A stretch of DNA of 64,000 nt from Squalus acanthias (taxonomy: Eukaryota): assembly GCA_030390025.1 (NCBI GenBank), contig CM059432.1, forward strand, positions 66,652,001 to 66,716,000, read 5' to 3'. Shown piece after piece: positions 23,152 through 34,100 of the stretch. The notes under the pieces are model-generated. The model did no database searches and was not told where the DNA came from. It saw only the letters and a program-made list of their open reading frames with translations. The position numbers were made by a program, and so were the translations under genes. The first letter of the stretch is position 1; every line of letters starts with the position of its first letter.

Positions 23152-24792
23152 AGGAGCTCAATTCGATAGCCCCCGAAAAGAGGCGCAATCGTGATGCGTG
23201 ATTAAGCCGCGCCCGTTTAATGTGATGCAGGCAGCATACCAACTTCATGTTGTCTGCTCGTTTCCATGATTCTAGCGTGCAGCCAGCGCTAAACGTGCAG
23301 TTTATTGGCTGCGTGCATCAGCAAGGGGCCCAAAATCGTGAGAGGCTAGCACCACTTAAAACTAGCCTGAACGACTTGAAGCCAGCCTGCACCTCTTAAA
23401 GGGGAGGTGCATTGTGCCTGGAGCTGGAGCTGGAAGTCGTTCTACAACTGATTCTGGCATGGAAACATTCAATAATGCCACAACATGGGAGAGAGCTGGA
23501 ACCAAGGTTTTATGATGCTGCATAGAGGCCTTGGTGGAGGAGGTGGAAAGCAGGAGAGATGTGCTGTATTCACAGAGCCAGGAGGCCCTCCAGACACACG
23601 CTCAGAAGGCAGTGACAGCAGATAGCTGTGGAGGTCACTGCCAGGAGTCTAGCCTCGAGGATCTGGATGCAGTGCGGCAAAAAATTCAATGACCACACAG
23701 GTGGTCAAGGTCAGTGAATGCATCTCAAATGCCATATCCTTTGCATTGGTTGTCATCTTCCAAAATTCTGTAGATTATGGAACAGTTCCTGCAGATTGGA
23801 GGGTGGCAAATGTAACCCCACTATTTAAAAAAGGAGGGCGAGAGAAAACAGGGAACTGCAGACCGGTTAGCCTAACATCAGTAGTAGGGAAAATGCTAGA
23901 GTCTATTATAAAGGATGTGATAACAGGACACTTAGAAAATATCAACGGGATTAGACAAAGTCAACATGGATTTATGAAAGGGAAATTGTGTTTGACAAAC
24001 CTACTGGAGTTTTTTGAGGATGTAACTTTTAGAATAGATAAGGGAGAACCAGTGGATGTGGTGTATTTGGATTTTCAGAAGGCCATTGATAAAGTCCCAC
24101 ATAAGAGGATAGTGTGCAAAATTAAAGCACATGGGATTGGGGGTAAGTTTGTCACGGAGTGCAGATTGGAACAGAGTGCTAAGCTGCGAGTTTGGTGAGT
24201 GAGGGAGTAAATCTTAAAGGTTAATCTCTTATTTTTATAAATTTTTATAAATTCTAGTCTTGTGTGCTTGCAATTAGCATTTAAATTTACTGTTTCAAGT
24301 TTTAAGTTTCTTCCAGACTTGGGCAGGACTAAGCAAGCTCTGTGCTGGAGAGCAGGTGATAGTAATTAATTAATTAACTGGTCTAATCTGGTTCTGCAAC
24401 TGCCAGAGAGCTCACTTATTTAAATCTCAGCAGTATAAATAAGGGAGACTAGAGTGCAGTTTGTCAGGGAGTGCAGATTGGAACAGAGTGCCAAGTTGCG
24501 AGTTTGGTGAGCGAGTGCCTTCCTTTTTCCATCTTTGTCAGTTTCCTGGTGTGGCGGCAGACCTGCGTGAGGCGAGGCGGCGGCAGAGGGTTTAAAAGGC
24601 TACAGAGACCAGGTAAGGCGGGACCAGTCTCTGAACTCGGAGGGAGGGAGAGAGGTAAAAATAATCGAGGTGTGACATCACCAGAAAGCAGGTAAGTAAC
24701 TGGTTGGTGAGTATTTCTCTCTTTTAAACTTAAACTCTGGGTTGTAGTTAATAAGGCCTTTCTGGTGCAGAGTGACTGTTGGTAAACCATTT

Positions 24793-27700
24793 ACATAAGA
24801 ACATAAGAACATAAGAAATAGGAGCAGGAGTAGGCCAATCGGCCCCTCGAGCCTGCTCCGCCATTCAATAAGATCATGGCTGATCTGATCCTAACCGCCA
24901 ATCTACTATCTATCACAGAACCATCTCCTGCATCTAACAGAATTGCACACACGAAATAGGAGCAGAATCAGGCTACACAGTCCCTGGGCCCGCTCCACTA
25001 CCCACAGGGCCATGACCGATCCGAACCTAGACTCATGTCCAAATTCCTGCCCGCTCCCCGTAACCCTTAATGCCCTTTACTTCTAGGAAACTGTCTATTT
25101 CTGTTTTAAATTTAATTAATGTTGTAGCTTCTACAGCTTTTTGTGGCAGCATATTCCATGGACCTACCACCCTCTGAGTGAAGTAGTTCCTCCTCATCTC
25201 AGTTTTGAAAGAGCAGCCCCTTATTCTAAGACTATGTCCCCTAGTTCTCGTCTCACCCGTCATCGGGAACATCCTCCCCGCATCCACCCGATCCAACCCC
25301 TTCACAATCTTATATGTTTCAATAAGATCGCCTCTCATTCTTCTGAACTCCAATGAGTAGAGTCCCAATCTACCCAACCTCTCCTCATATGACCACCCCC
25401 TCATCCCCGGGATTAACCGAGTGAACCTTTTTTGCACTGCCTCGAGAGCAAGGATGTCTTTCCTTAAGTAAGGACACCAAAACTGTATGCAGTATTCCAG
25501 GTGCGGTCTCACCAATACCTTGTACAACTGAAGCAATACCTCCCTATTTTTATATTCTATCCCCCTAGCAATGAAAGCCAACATTCCATTTGCCTTCTTA
25601 ATCACTTGCTGCACCTGCATACTAACCTTTTGAGTTTCGTGCACCAGGACCCCCAGATCCCTTTGCACTTCAGTACTCTCCAGTTTCTTGCCATTAAGAT
25701 AATAAATTGCTCTAGGATTTTTCCTGCCAAAGTGCATCACCTCACACTTTCCAGTGTTGTATTCCATCTGCCAAATCTCTGCCCACTTACTTAGCCTGTC
25801 TATGTCCCCTTGCAGGTTTTTTATGTCCTCCTCACTCACTACTTTCCCTCCCATCTTTGTATCATCTGCAAATTTTGATATGTTACACTTGGTCCCTTCC
25901 TCCAAATCGTTAATATAGATTCTGAAGAGTTGGGGACCCAGCACTGACCCCTGTGGAACACCACTAGTTACTGATTGCCAGTCTGAGAATGAACCATTTA
26001 TCCCAACTCTTTGCTTTCTGTTAGATAGCCAATCCTCTATCCATGCCAGAATATTACCCCCAATCCCGTGATTTTTTACCTTAAGCAATAATCTTTTGTG
26101 TGGCACCTTGTCAAATGCCTTTTGGAAGTCTAAATACACTACGTCCACTGGTTCCCCTTTATCCACTCTATATGTTACTTCCTCAAAGAACTCCAGCAAA
26201 TTTGTCAAACATGACTTCCCCTTCGTAAAACCATGCTGACTTTGTCCTATTAAATTATGATTATCCAAATGTCCTGTTACTGTTTCCTTAATAATGGACT
26301 CCAAAATTTTACCTACCACAGATGTTAGGCTAACCGGTCTATAGTTACCAGCCTTCTGTCTACTGCCCTTTTTAAATAAGGGTGTTACATTAGCAGTTTT
26401 CCAGTCTGCCGGGACCTTAGCGGAATCCAGGGAGTTTTGAAAAATTATTACCAATGCATCTACAATCCCTACCGCCACTTACTTCAAGACTCTAGGATGT
26501 AAGCCATCAGGTCCAGGTGATTTATCCACCTTGAGTCCCATTATTTTACCGAGTACCACTTCCTTAGTGATTTTGATCGTGTTTAGCTCCTCTCCCCCTA
26601 TAGCCCCCTGTTTGTCCAGTGTTGGGATATTCTTCGTGTCCTCTACTGTAAAGACTGATACAAAATATTCATTCAGTGTTTTTGCCATCTCCATATTTCC
26701 CACCATTAATTTCCCGGTCTCATCCTCTAAGGGACCAACATTTACTTTAGCCACCCTTTTTCTTTTTATATAACTATAAAAACTCTTACTATCTGTTTTT
26801 ATATTTTTTGCTAATTTACTTTCATAATCTATCTTCCCTTTCTTAATCAATCTTTTTGTTATTTTTTGCTGCCTTTTAAAGTTTTCCCAATCCTCTGTCC
26901 TCCCACTAGATTTCGCTACCTTATATGCCCTTGTTTTTAGTCGAATACTATCCTTAATTTCTTTACTTAGCCACGGATGACTGTCCTTTCTTTTACACCC
27001 TTTTCTTTTCAGTGGAATATATATTTTTTGGAAGTTGTAAAATAACTCCTTGAATGTACACCACTGATCATGTGTCGTCTTACCCTTTAATCTATTTTCC
27101 CAATCCACTCTACTCAATTCCGCTCGCATACCTTCATAGTCTCCTTTATTCAAGCTTAGCACGCTTGTTTGAGATCCAACCTTCTCACCCTCTAATTGAA
27201 TATGGAATTCAACCATGTTATGGTCACTCATTCCAAGGGGATCCTTTACTAGGACATTTTTAATTAATCCTGTCTCGTTACACAGGACCAGATCTAAGGT
27301 TGCTTGCCCCCTGGTCGGTTCAGTTACATACTGCTCAAGAAACCCATCCCTAATACACTCAATGAACTCATCCTCAAGGCAGCCCTGCCCCATTTGATTT
27401 GTCCAATTAATATGATAGTTAAAATCCCCCATAATTATAGATGTTCCCTTATTACATGCCTCAACTATTTCCTGATTGATACGCCGTCCAATAGAGTTGC
27501 AACTGTTCGGAGGCCTATAGACTACGCCCACTAATGTTTTTTTCCCCTTATTATTCCTTATCTCCACCCAAACTGTTTCATTATCATGATTTTTTGACCC
27601 AATATCATTACTCTGTATTACAGTGATTCCTTCCTTTATTAACATAGCCACCCCACCTCCCCTTCCTTCCTGCCTGTCCTTCCTGATCGTTAAATAACCT

Positions 27701-28225
27701 GGTATGTTTAATTCCCAGGCATTGTCACCCTGCAGCCATGTTTCTGTAATGGCCACAATATCATAACCATATGTAGTTATTTGTGCCATTAACTCGTCTA
27801 TTTTGTTACGAATGCTACGTGCATTCAGATAGAGAACTTTCAAATATGCTTTGTGGCACTTAGTTCCTGCTTTTTCACTTTTTACCAGTTTACCTTTTAC
27901 TCCACACACTCTGTCCCTTCCTGCCACGCTCTGATTTGTGATTCCCCTACTGCTACCTATGTCTATGACCCTCTCTGTTGTCATTTTTATTTTTGCTCTC
28001 TTGAAACCTCCCCCCCACTAATTAGTTTAAAGCCCTCTCCACAGCCCTAGTTATTCGATTCGCCAGGACACTAGTCCCAGCACTGGCCAAGTGAAGTCCG
28101 TCCCAACGGAACAGCTCTCTCCCGCCCCAGTACTGGTGCCAGTGTCCCAAGAAGCAAAACCCATTTTTCCCACACCAGTCTTTGAGCCACGCATTCAACT
28201 CCCTGATTTTATTTACCCTAGCCAA
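24793..28225 (-). mobile_element. CR1-C: same subfamily as CR1-B, truncated within ORF1, inserted antisense in the CR1-B 5' UTR
   Basis: (ACATAAGA)n tail at 24793, complete ORF2, ORF1 C-terminus 28022..28225. Confidence 0.93.
25033..27984 (-). pseudogene. CR1 ORF2p (AP endonuclease plus RT), 983 codons with a single in-frame stop at 26479-26481
   Basis: ORFs 26479..27984 and 25033..26478 are contiguous and in frame. TAA corresponds to GAA in CR1-B (near 32102). FADD active site. Confidence 0.95.
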
Positions 28226-28346
28226 CTGGTGTAATTTAGAGGGATTGATTTAATTTAAATCCAATTAATTAGAGGGGATACTAGCATCTATAATTGGGCA
28301 GAGAGTGTCCATAACTAACAATAAAAAATTTAATTAATTACATAGA

Positions 28347-29300
28347 ATGGAGCAGGTGATGTGTTACTGTTGCGAGATGTGGGAGCTGGTGGACCCCATT
28401 GAGGCTCACGGTGATTACATCTGTGACAAGTGTCTGCTGCTACAGGAACTCCAGCTCCATGTTGATGAGCTGGAGTCTGAGCTTCAGACACTGCGACACA
28501 TCAGGGAGGGGGAGAAGTACCTGGACTCTGTGTTTCAGGAGGTGGTCACACCTATGAAGTTAATTAATTCAGATGTAGCCCATGGTCAGGGACAAGACGG
28601 TGTGACTACGAGTGAGGCAGGTACGGGGATCCAGGAGGTAGTGCTGGAGGAGCCGCAGCCCTTGCTCTTGTCCAACAGGTTCGAGGTTCTTACTCCCTGT
28701 GGGGACAGGAGCAGGGACTGCAGGGAGGATGAGCAACCTGGCCACAGCACCGTGGAACGGGGGGCCATTCAAGAGGGGGGAGTAAATAGAAATGTTGTAG
28801 TGGTAGGGGATAGTATTATTAGGGGGATAGATAGAGTTCTCTGCAGCCGAGAGCGAGAGTCCCGTAGGCTGTGTTGCCTGCCTGGTGCCAGGGTTAAGGA
28901 CATCTCCTCTGGGCTGGAAAGAAACTTGCAGTGGGAGGGGGTGGATCCAGTTGTCGTGGTCCATGTTGGTACAAACGACGTAGATAGGACAAGGAAGCCG
29001 GTTCTGTTAAAGGAGTATGAGCAGCTAGGGGTCAAATTAAAAAACAGAACCTCAAGGGTAATAATCTCTGGATTATTACCTGAGCCACGAGCGAATTTGG
29101 CTAGGACAAATAAAATTAGAGAGTTAAATGAGTGACTCAAAGACTGGTGTGGGAGAAATGGGTTTTGCTTCCTGGGACACTGGCACCAGTACTGGGGCAG
29201 GAGGGAGCTGTTCCGTTGGGACGGGCTTCACTTGGCCAGTGCTGGGACTAGAGTCCCAGCGGATCATATAACTAGGGCTGTAGAGAGGGCTTTAAACTAA
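28347..29300 (+). pseudogene. CR1-B ORF1p zinc finger/coiled coil/SGNH esterase, one nonsense codon at 29133
   Basis: CYCC..CDKC, GDSI, GTND, DGLH. TGA replaces the TGG seen in CR1-C, and the frame continues to RALN-stop at 29300. Confidence 0.92.
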
Positions 29301-29463
29301 CTAGTGGGGGGGAGGTTCCTAGAGAGCAAATAATAAAAATGACAACAGAGAAGGTCATAGACTTAGGTAGCAGTGGGGAAATTAAAAACCAGAGTGTGTC
29401 AGGAAGGGGCAGAAGGTATGGAGTAAAAGGTAAAGTAATAAAAAGGGCAAAAGCAGGAACTAA

Positions 29464-30358
29464 GGGGGAGAAATTCAGTATCGCCCCATTTGGGGTGCAA
29501 TTCTCGGCCGGGCGCAAAGATTAGCGCCTGGCGCTAATTATCGCCACCGACTGCAAACTTGACTTTTATCGCCCCTGGAGGTGATTGCAGCGCTATATCA
29601 GGCGCTTCACACCTGTCTTAAGGCGCAAAGGCCGAGGAGCGAGGTGCTACCTCTGAGCGCTGGTGAAGCTCATGTAATGTCAGTCAGCAATGGAACACAC
29701 ACACAATGGCACGGGCCAGTTCTTAAAGGGGATGGTTAATCTTGCTTTCCATCCACATCCTGCTCATTGCAGCCTTGAATCTCGGCCTGGAGAGACTTGC
29801 ACATCAAATGTGCTGGAAAGAACAATGGAGAGTACCAGGCAAAGAGCTCAGAGTGCAGCTCCCACAGTCTCTGCTAAATCGATACAAGGAATGGCAAATC
29901 AAAATGAACCTGCAAAGTGCTGCTCAGTACCCAAAACTACTTCACACAACGTTGAATCTCTCCAGAAGTCTCTCCCTCTCTCTCTCTCAGAATGCGTAGT
30001 TCAAAAATGGCACCAACAATAAAAGGCAGGAAGCGGTCACCTTTAAATAGCGCTCCCCCTTTCCCTTCATGACTGCAGAACGCTCCCCTCAACCTGTCGT
30101 TGCTAGCGTCAGGCGGTAAGGCAGGAGGCGCCACTCAATATCCACTCCGGGGTGATACCGGGGCGTTACGCACTCGAGTGACGTCATGATCTGCCGGCGC
30201 AGGAGATCGTGGCGGTAGTGTTTAGCGCCGCCGCAAAATGTCTAGTTAATTTCGCGAGCGGTGCAAACTTCGCCGCGCCTGGACGCTAGATGCTTTGCGC
30301 CCCATTAGCGCCCTCTTAAGGCGCTAACGGGAGGCGCAACCAACTGAATTTTTCCCCC
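29464..30358. mobile_element. Harbinger-type MITE (895 bp)
   Basis: TIR GGGGGAGAAATTCAG / CTGAATTTTTCCCCC (14/15) with TSD TAA. The empty site is seen in CR1-C (~27860). Confidence 0.95.
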
Positions 30359-30813
30359 TAATTGTCACGAAACATATTTGAAAGTTCTCTATCTGAATGC
30401 ACGTAGCATACGTAACAAAATAGATGAGTTAATGGCACAAATAACTACATATGGGTATGATCTTGTGGCCATTACAGAAACATGGCTGCAGGGTGACAAT
30501 GCCTGGGAATTAAACATACCAGGTTATTTAACGATCAGGAAGGACAGGCAGGAAGGAAGGGGAGGTGGGGTGGCTATGTTAATAAAGGAAGGAATCACTG
30601 GAATATAGAGAAATGATATTGGGTCAAAAGATCAGGATAATGAAACAGTTTGGGTGGAGATAAGGAATAATAAGGGGAAAAAACCACTAGTGGGCGTAGT
30701 CTATAGGCCTCCGAACAGTTGCAACTCTGTTGGACAGAGTATCAATCAGGAAATAGTTGAGGCTTGTAATAAGGGAACATCTATAATTATGGGGGATTTT
30801 AGCTATCATATTA

Positions 30814-31174
30814 CAGGAAACTCTTTATTAACCGGCACCGACGGGACTGGCGTGGTGCCGATTAATCAAAAAGTCCGGATAACGGAGAGTTATATCTCCC
30901 AACGTACGAGAGCCCCGTACACATTTACATGCGCCTGCATTCGGAGCTCCGTCTCCCCGGGGACTGCCAGCTGACCATCTGTCGTGTCCGCTGCCTACCC
31001 AGGCTGCACATTCCCCTCCCAATCTACACGCTCCGATACAAGGCAAACACCTCGGGTTTTTTTTTAAGTTAATTTTAAACGAGAGATGAAGGAAAACCCC
31101 GGTTACCTACTCAAGAATTTTGCCGGTTAAGAGATTTCCGGATATTTGGGTGCCGGTTAATAAAGAGTTTCCTG
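30814..31174. mobile_element. Tc1/mariner (pogo/Tigger-like) MITE, 361 bp
   Basis: Perfect 26-bp TIR CAGGAAACTCTTTATTAACCGGCACC with TA TSD. The empty site is seen in CR1-C (~27408). Confidence 0.95.
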
Positions 31175-34100
31175 TAATTGGACAAAACAAATTGGGCAGG
31201 GCTGCCTTGAGGATGAGTTCATTGAGTGTATTAGGGATGGATTTCTTGAGCAGTATGTAACTGAACCGACCAGGGGGCAAGCAACCTTAGATCTGGTCCT
31301 GTGTAACGAGACAGGATTAATTAAAAATGTCCTAGTAAAGGATCCCCTTGGAATGAGTGACCATAACATGGTTGAATTCCATAGTCAATTAGAGGGTGAG
31401 AAGGTTGGATCTCAAGCAAGCGTGCTAAGCTTGAATAAAGGAGACTATGAAGGTATGCGAGCGAAATTTAGTAGAGTGGATTGGGAAAATAGATTAAAGG
31501 GTAAGACGATACACGATCAGTGGTGTACATTTAAGGAGTTAGTTTACAACTTCCAAAAAAAAATATATTCCACTGAGAAGAAAAGGGTGTAAAAGAAAAG
31601 ACAGTCATCCGTGGCTAAGTAAAGAAATTAAGGATAGTATTCAACTAAAAACAAGGGCTTATAAGGTAGCCAAATCTAGTGGGAGGTTAGAGGATTGGGA
31701 AAACTTTAAAAGACAGCAAAAAATAACAAAGATTGATTAAGAAAGGGAAGATAGATTATGAAAGTAAATTAGCAAAAAATATAAAAACAGATAGTAAGAG
31801 TTTTTATAGTTATATAAAAAGAAAAAGGGTGGCTAAAGTAAATGTTGGTCCCTTAGAGGATGAGACTGGGAAATTAATGGTGGGAAATATGGAGATGGCA
31901 AATACACTGAATGAATATTTTGTATCAGTCTTTACAATAGAGGACACTAAGAATATCCCAACACTGGACAAACAAGGGGCTATAGGGAGGGAGGAGCTAA
32001 ACATGATCAAAATCACTAAGGAAGTGGTACTCGGTAAAATAATGGGACTCAAGGCGGATAAATCACCTGGACCTGATGGCTTACATCCTAGGGTCTTGAG
32101 GGAAGTGGCGGTAGGGATTGTGGATGCATTGGTAATAATTTTCCAAAACTCCCTGGACTCAGCAAAGATCCTGGCAGACTGGAAAACTGCTAATGTAACA
32201 CCCTTATTTAAAAAGGGCAGTAGACAGAAGGCTGGAAACTATAGACCAGTTAGCCTAACATCTGTGGTAGGTAAAATTTTGGAGTCCATTATTAAGGAGA
32301 CAGTAACGGGACATTTGGATAATCATAATTTAATAGGACAAAGTCAGCATGGTTTTATGAAGGGGAAGTCATGTTTGACAAATTTGCTGGAGTTCTTTGA
32401 GGAAGTACATACAGGGTGGATAAAGGGGAACCAGTGGATGTGGTGTATTTAGACTTCCAAAAGGCATTTGACAAGGTGCCACACAAAAGATTATTGCTTA
32501 AGATAAAAAATCACGGGATTGGGGGTAATATTCTGGCATGGGTAGAGGATTGGCTATCTAACAGAAGGCAGAGAGTTGGGATAAATGGTTCATTCTCAGA
32601 CTGGCAATCAGTAACTAGTGGTGTTCCGCAGGGGTCAGTGCTGGGTCCCCAACTCTTTACAATCTATATTAACGATTTGGAGGAGGGGACCGAGTGTAAC
32701 ATATCAAAGTTTGCAGATGATACTAAGATGGGAGGGAAAGTAGTGAGTGAGGAGGACATAAAAAATCTGCAAGGGGACATAGACAGGCTAAGTAAGTGGG
32801 CAGAGATTTGGCAGATGGAATACAATACTGGAAAGTGTGAGGTTATGCACTTTGGCAGGAAAAATAGTAGAGCAAGTTATTATCTTAATGGCAAGAAACT
32901 GGAAAGTACAGAAGTACAAAGGGATCTGGGGTCCTGGTGCACGAAACTCAAAAGGTTAGTATGCAGGTGCAGCAAGTGATTAAGAAGGCCAATGGAATGT
33001 TGGCTTTCATTGCTACGGGGATAGAATATAAAAATAGGGAGGCTTTGCTTCAGTTGTACAAGGTATTGGTGAGACCGCACCTGGAATACTGCATACAGTT
33101 TTGGTGTCCATGCTTAAGAAAAGACATACTTGCTCTCGAGTCAGTACAAAGAAGTCCTCGGTTAATCCCGGGATGAGAGGATGGACATATGAGGAGAGGT
33201 TGGGTAGATTGGGACTCTACTCATTGGAGTTCAGAAGAATGAGAGGCGATCTTATTGAAACATATAAGATTGTGAAGGGGTTGGATCGGGTGGATGCGGG
33301 GAGGATGTTCCCGATGATGGGTGAAACTAGAACTAGGGGGCATAGTCTTAGAATAAGGGGCTGCTCTTTCAAAACTGAGATGAGAAGGAACTACTTCACT
33401 CAGAGGGTGGTAGGTCCATGGAATATGCTGCCCCAAAAAGCTGTAGAAGCTACATCATTACATAAATTTAAAACAGAAATAGACAGTTTCCTAGAAGTAA
33501 AGGGAATTAAGGGTTACGGGGAGCAGGCAGGAATTTGGACATGAGTCTAGGTACGGATTGGTCATGGCCCTGTGGGTAGCGCAGTGGGCCTCGGGGCCGT
33601 GCAGCCTGATCCTGCTCCTATTTCGTGTGTCCAATTCTGTTAGGTTCAGGAGATGGTTCTGTGATAGTAGATTGGCGGTTAGGATCAGATCAGCCATGAT
33701 CTTATTGAATGGCGGAGCAGGCTCGAGGGGCCAATTGGCCTACTCCTGCTCCTATTTCTAATGTTCTTATATACTGGCATGGATTGAAAATTGGTTAACA
33801 GACAGGAAACAGAGAGTAGGAATAAATGGGTCTTTTTCGGGGTGGCAGGCAGTGACTAGTGGAGTACCGCAGGGATCAGTGCTTGGGGCCCCAGCTATTC
33901 ACAATATATATCAATGATTTGGATGAGGGAACCAAATGTAATATTTCCAAGTTTGCTGACGACATGAAATGAGGTGGGATTGTGAGTTGTGAGGAGGATG
34001 CAAAGAGGCTTCAAGGCGACTTAGACAAGTTGAGTGAGTGGGAAAATACATGGCAGATGCAGTATAACGTGGATAAATGTGAAGTTATCCACTTCGGTCA

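Larger units (their letters stand above)
29339..33544 (+). pseudogene. CR1-B ORF2p, disrupted by two MITEs and several frameshifts
   Basis: ORF pieces at 29339, 30378, 30654, 31353, 31733, 32416, 32937 and 33101 are collinear with CR1-C ORF2. Confidence 0.93.
24147..33769 (+). mobile_element. CR1-B: apparently full-length CR1 (5' UTR, ORF1, ORF2, 3' UTR and tail) carrying three nested insertions
   Basis: Precisely interrupts CR1-A. 5' UTR 24147-24792 plus 28226-28346, ORF1 from 28347, ORF2 29339-33544, tail ends at 33769. Confidence 0.9.

Noticed and set aside
24793..33769. Single CR1 with a twin-priming inversion
   Set aside because: Both arms have complete ORF2 regions and their own 3' tails, so these are two insertions.
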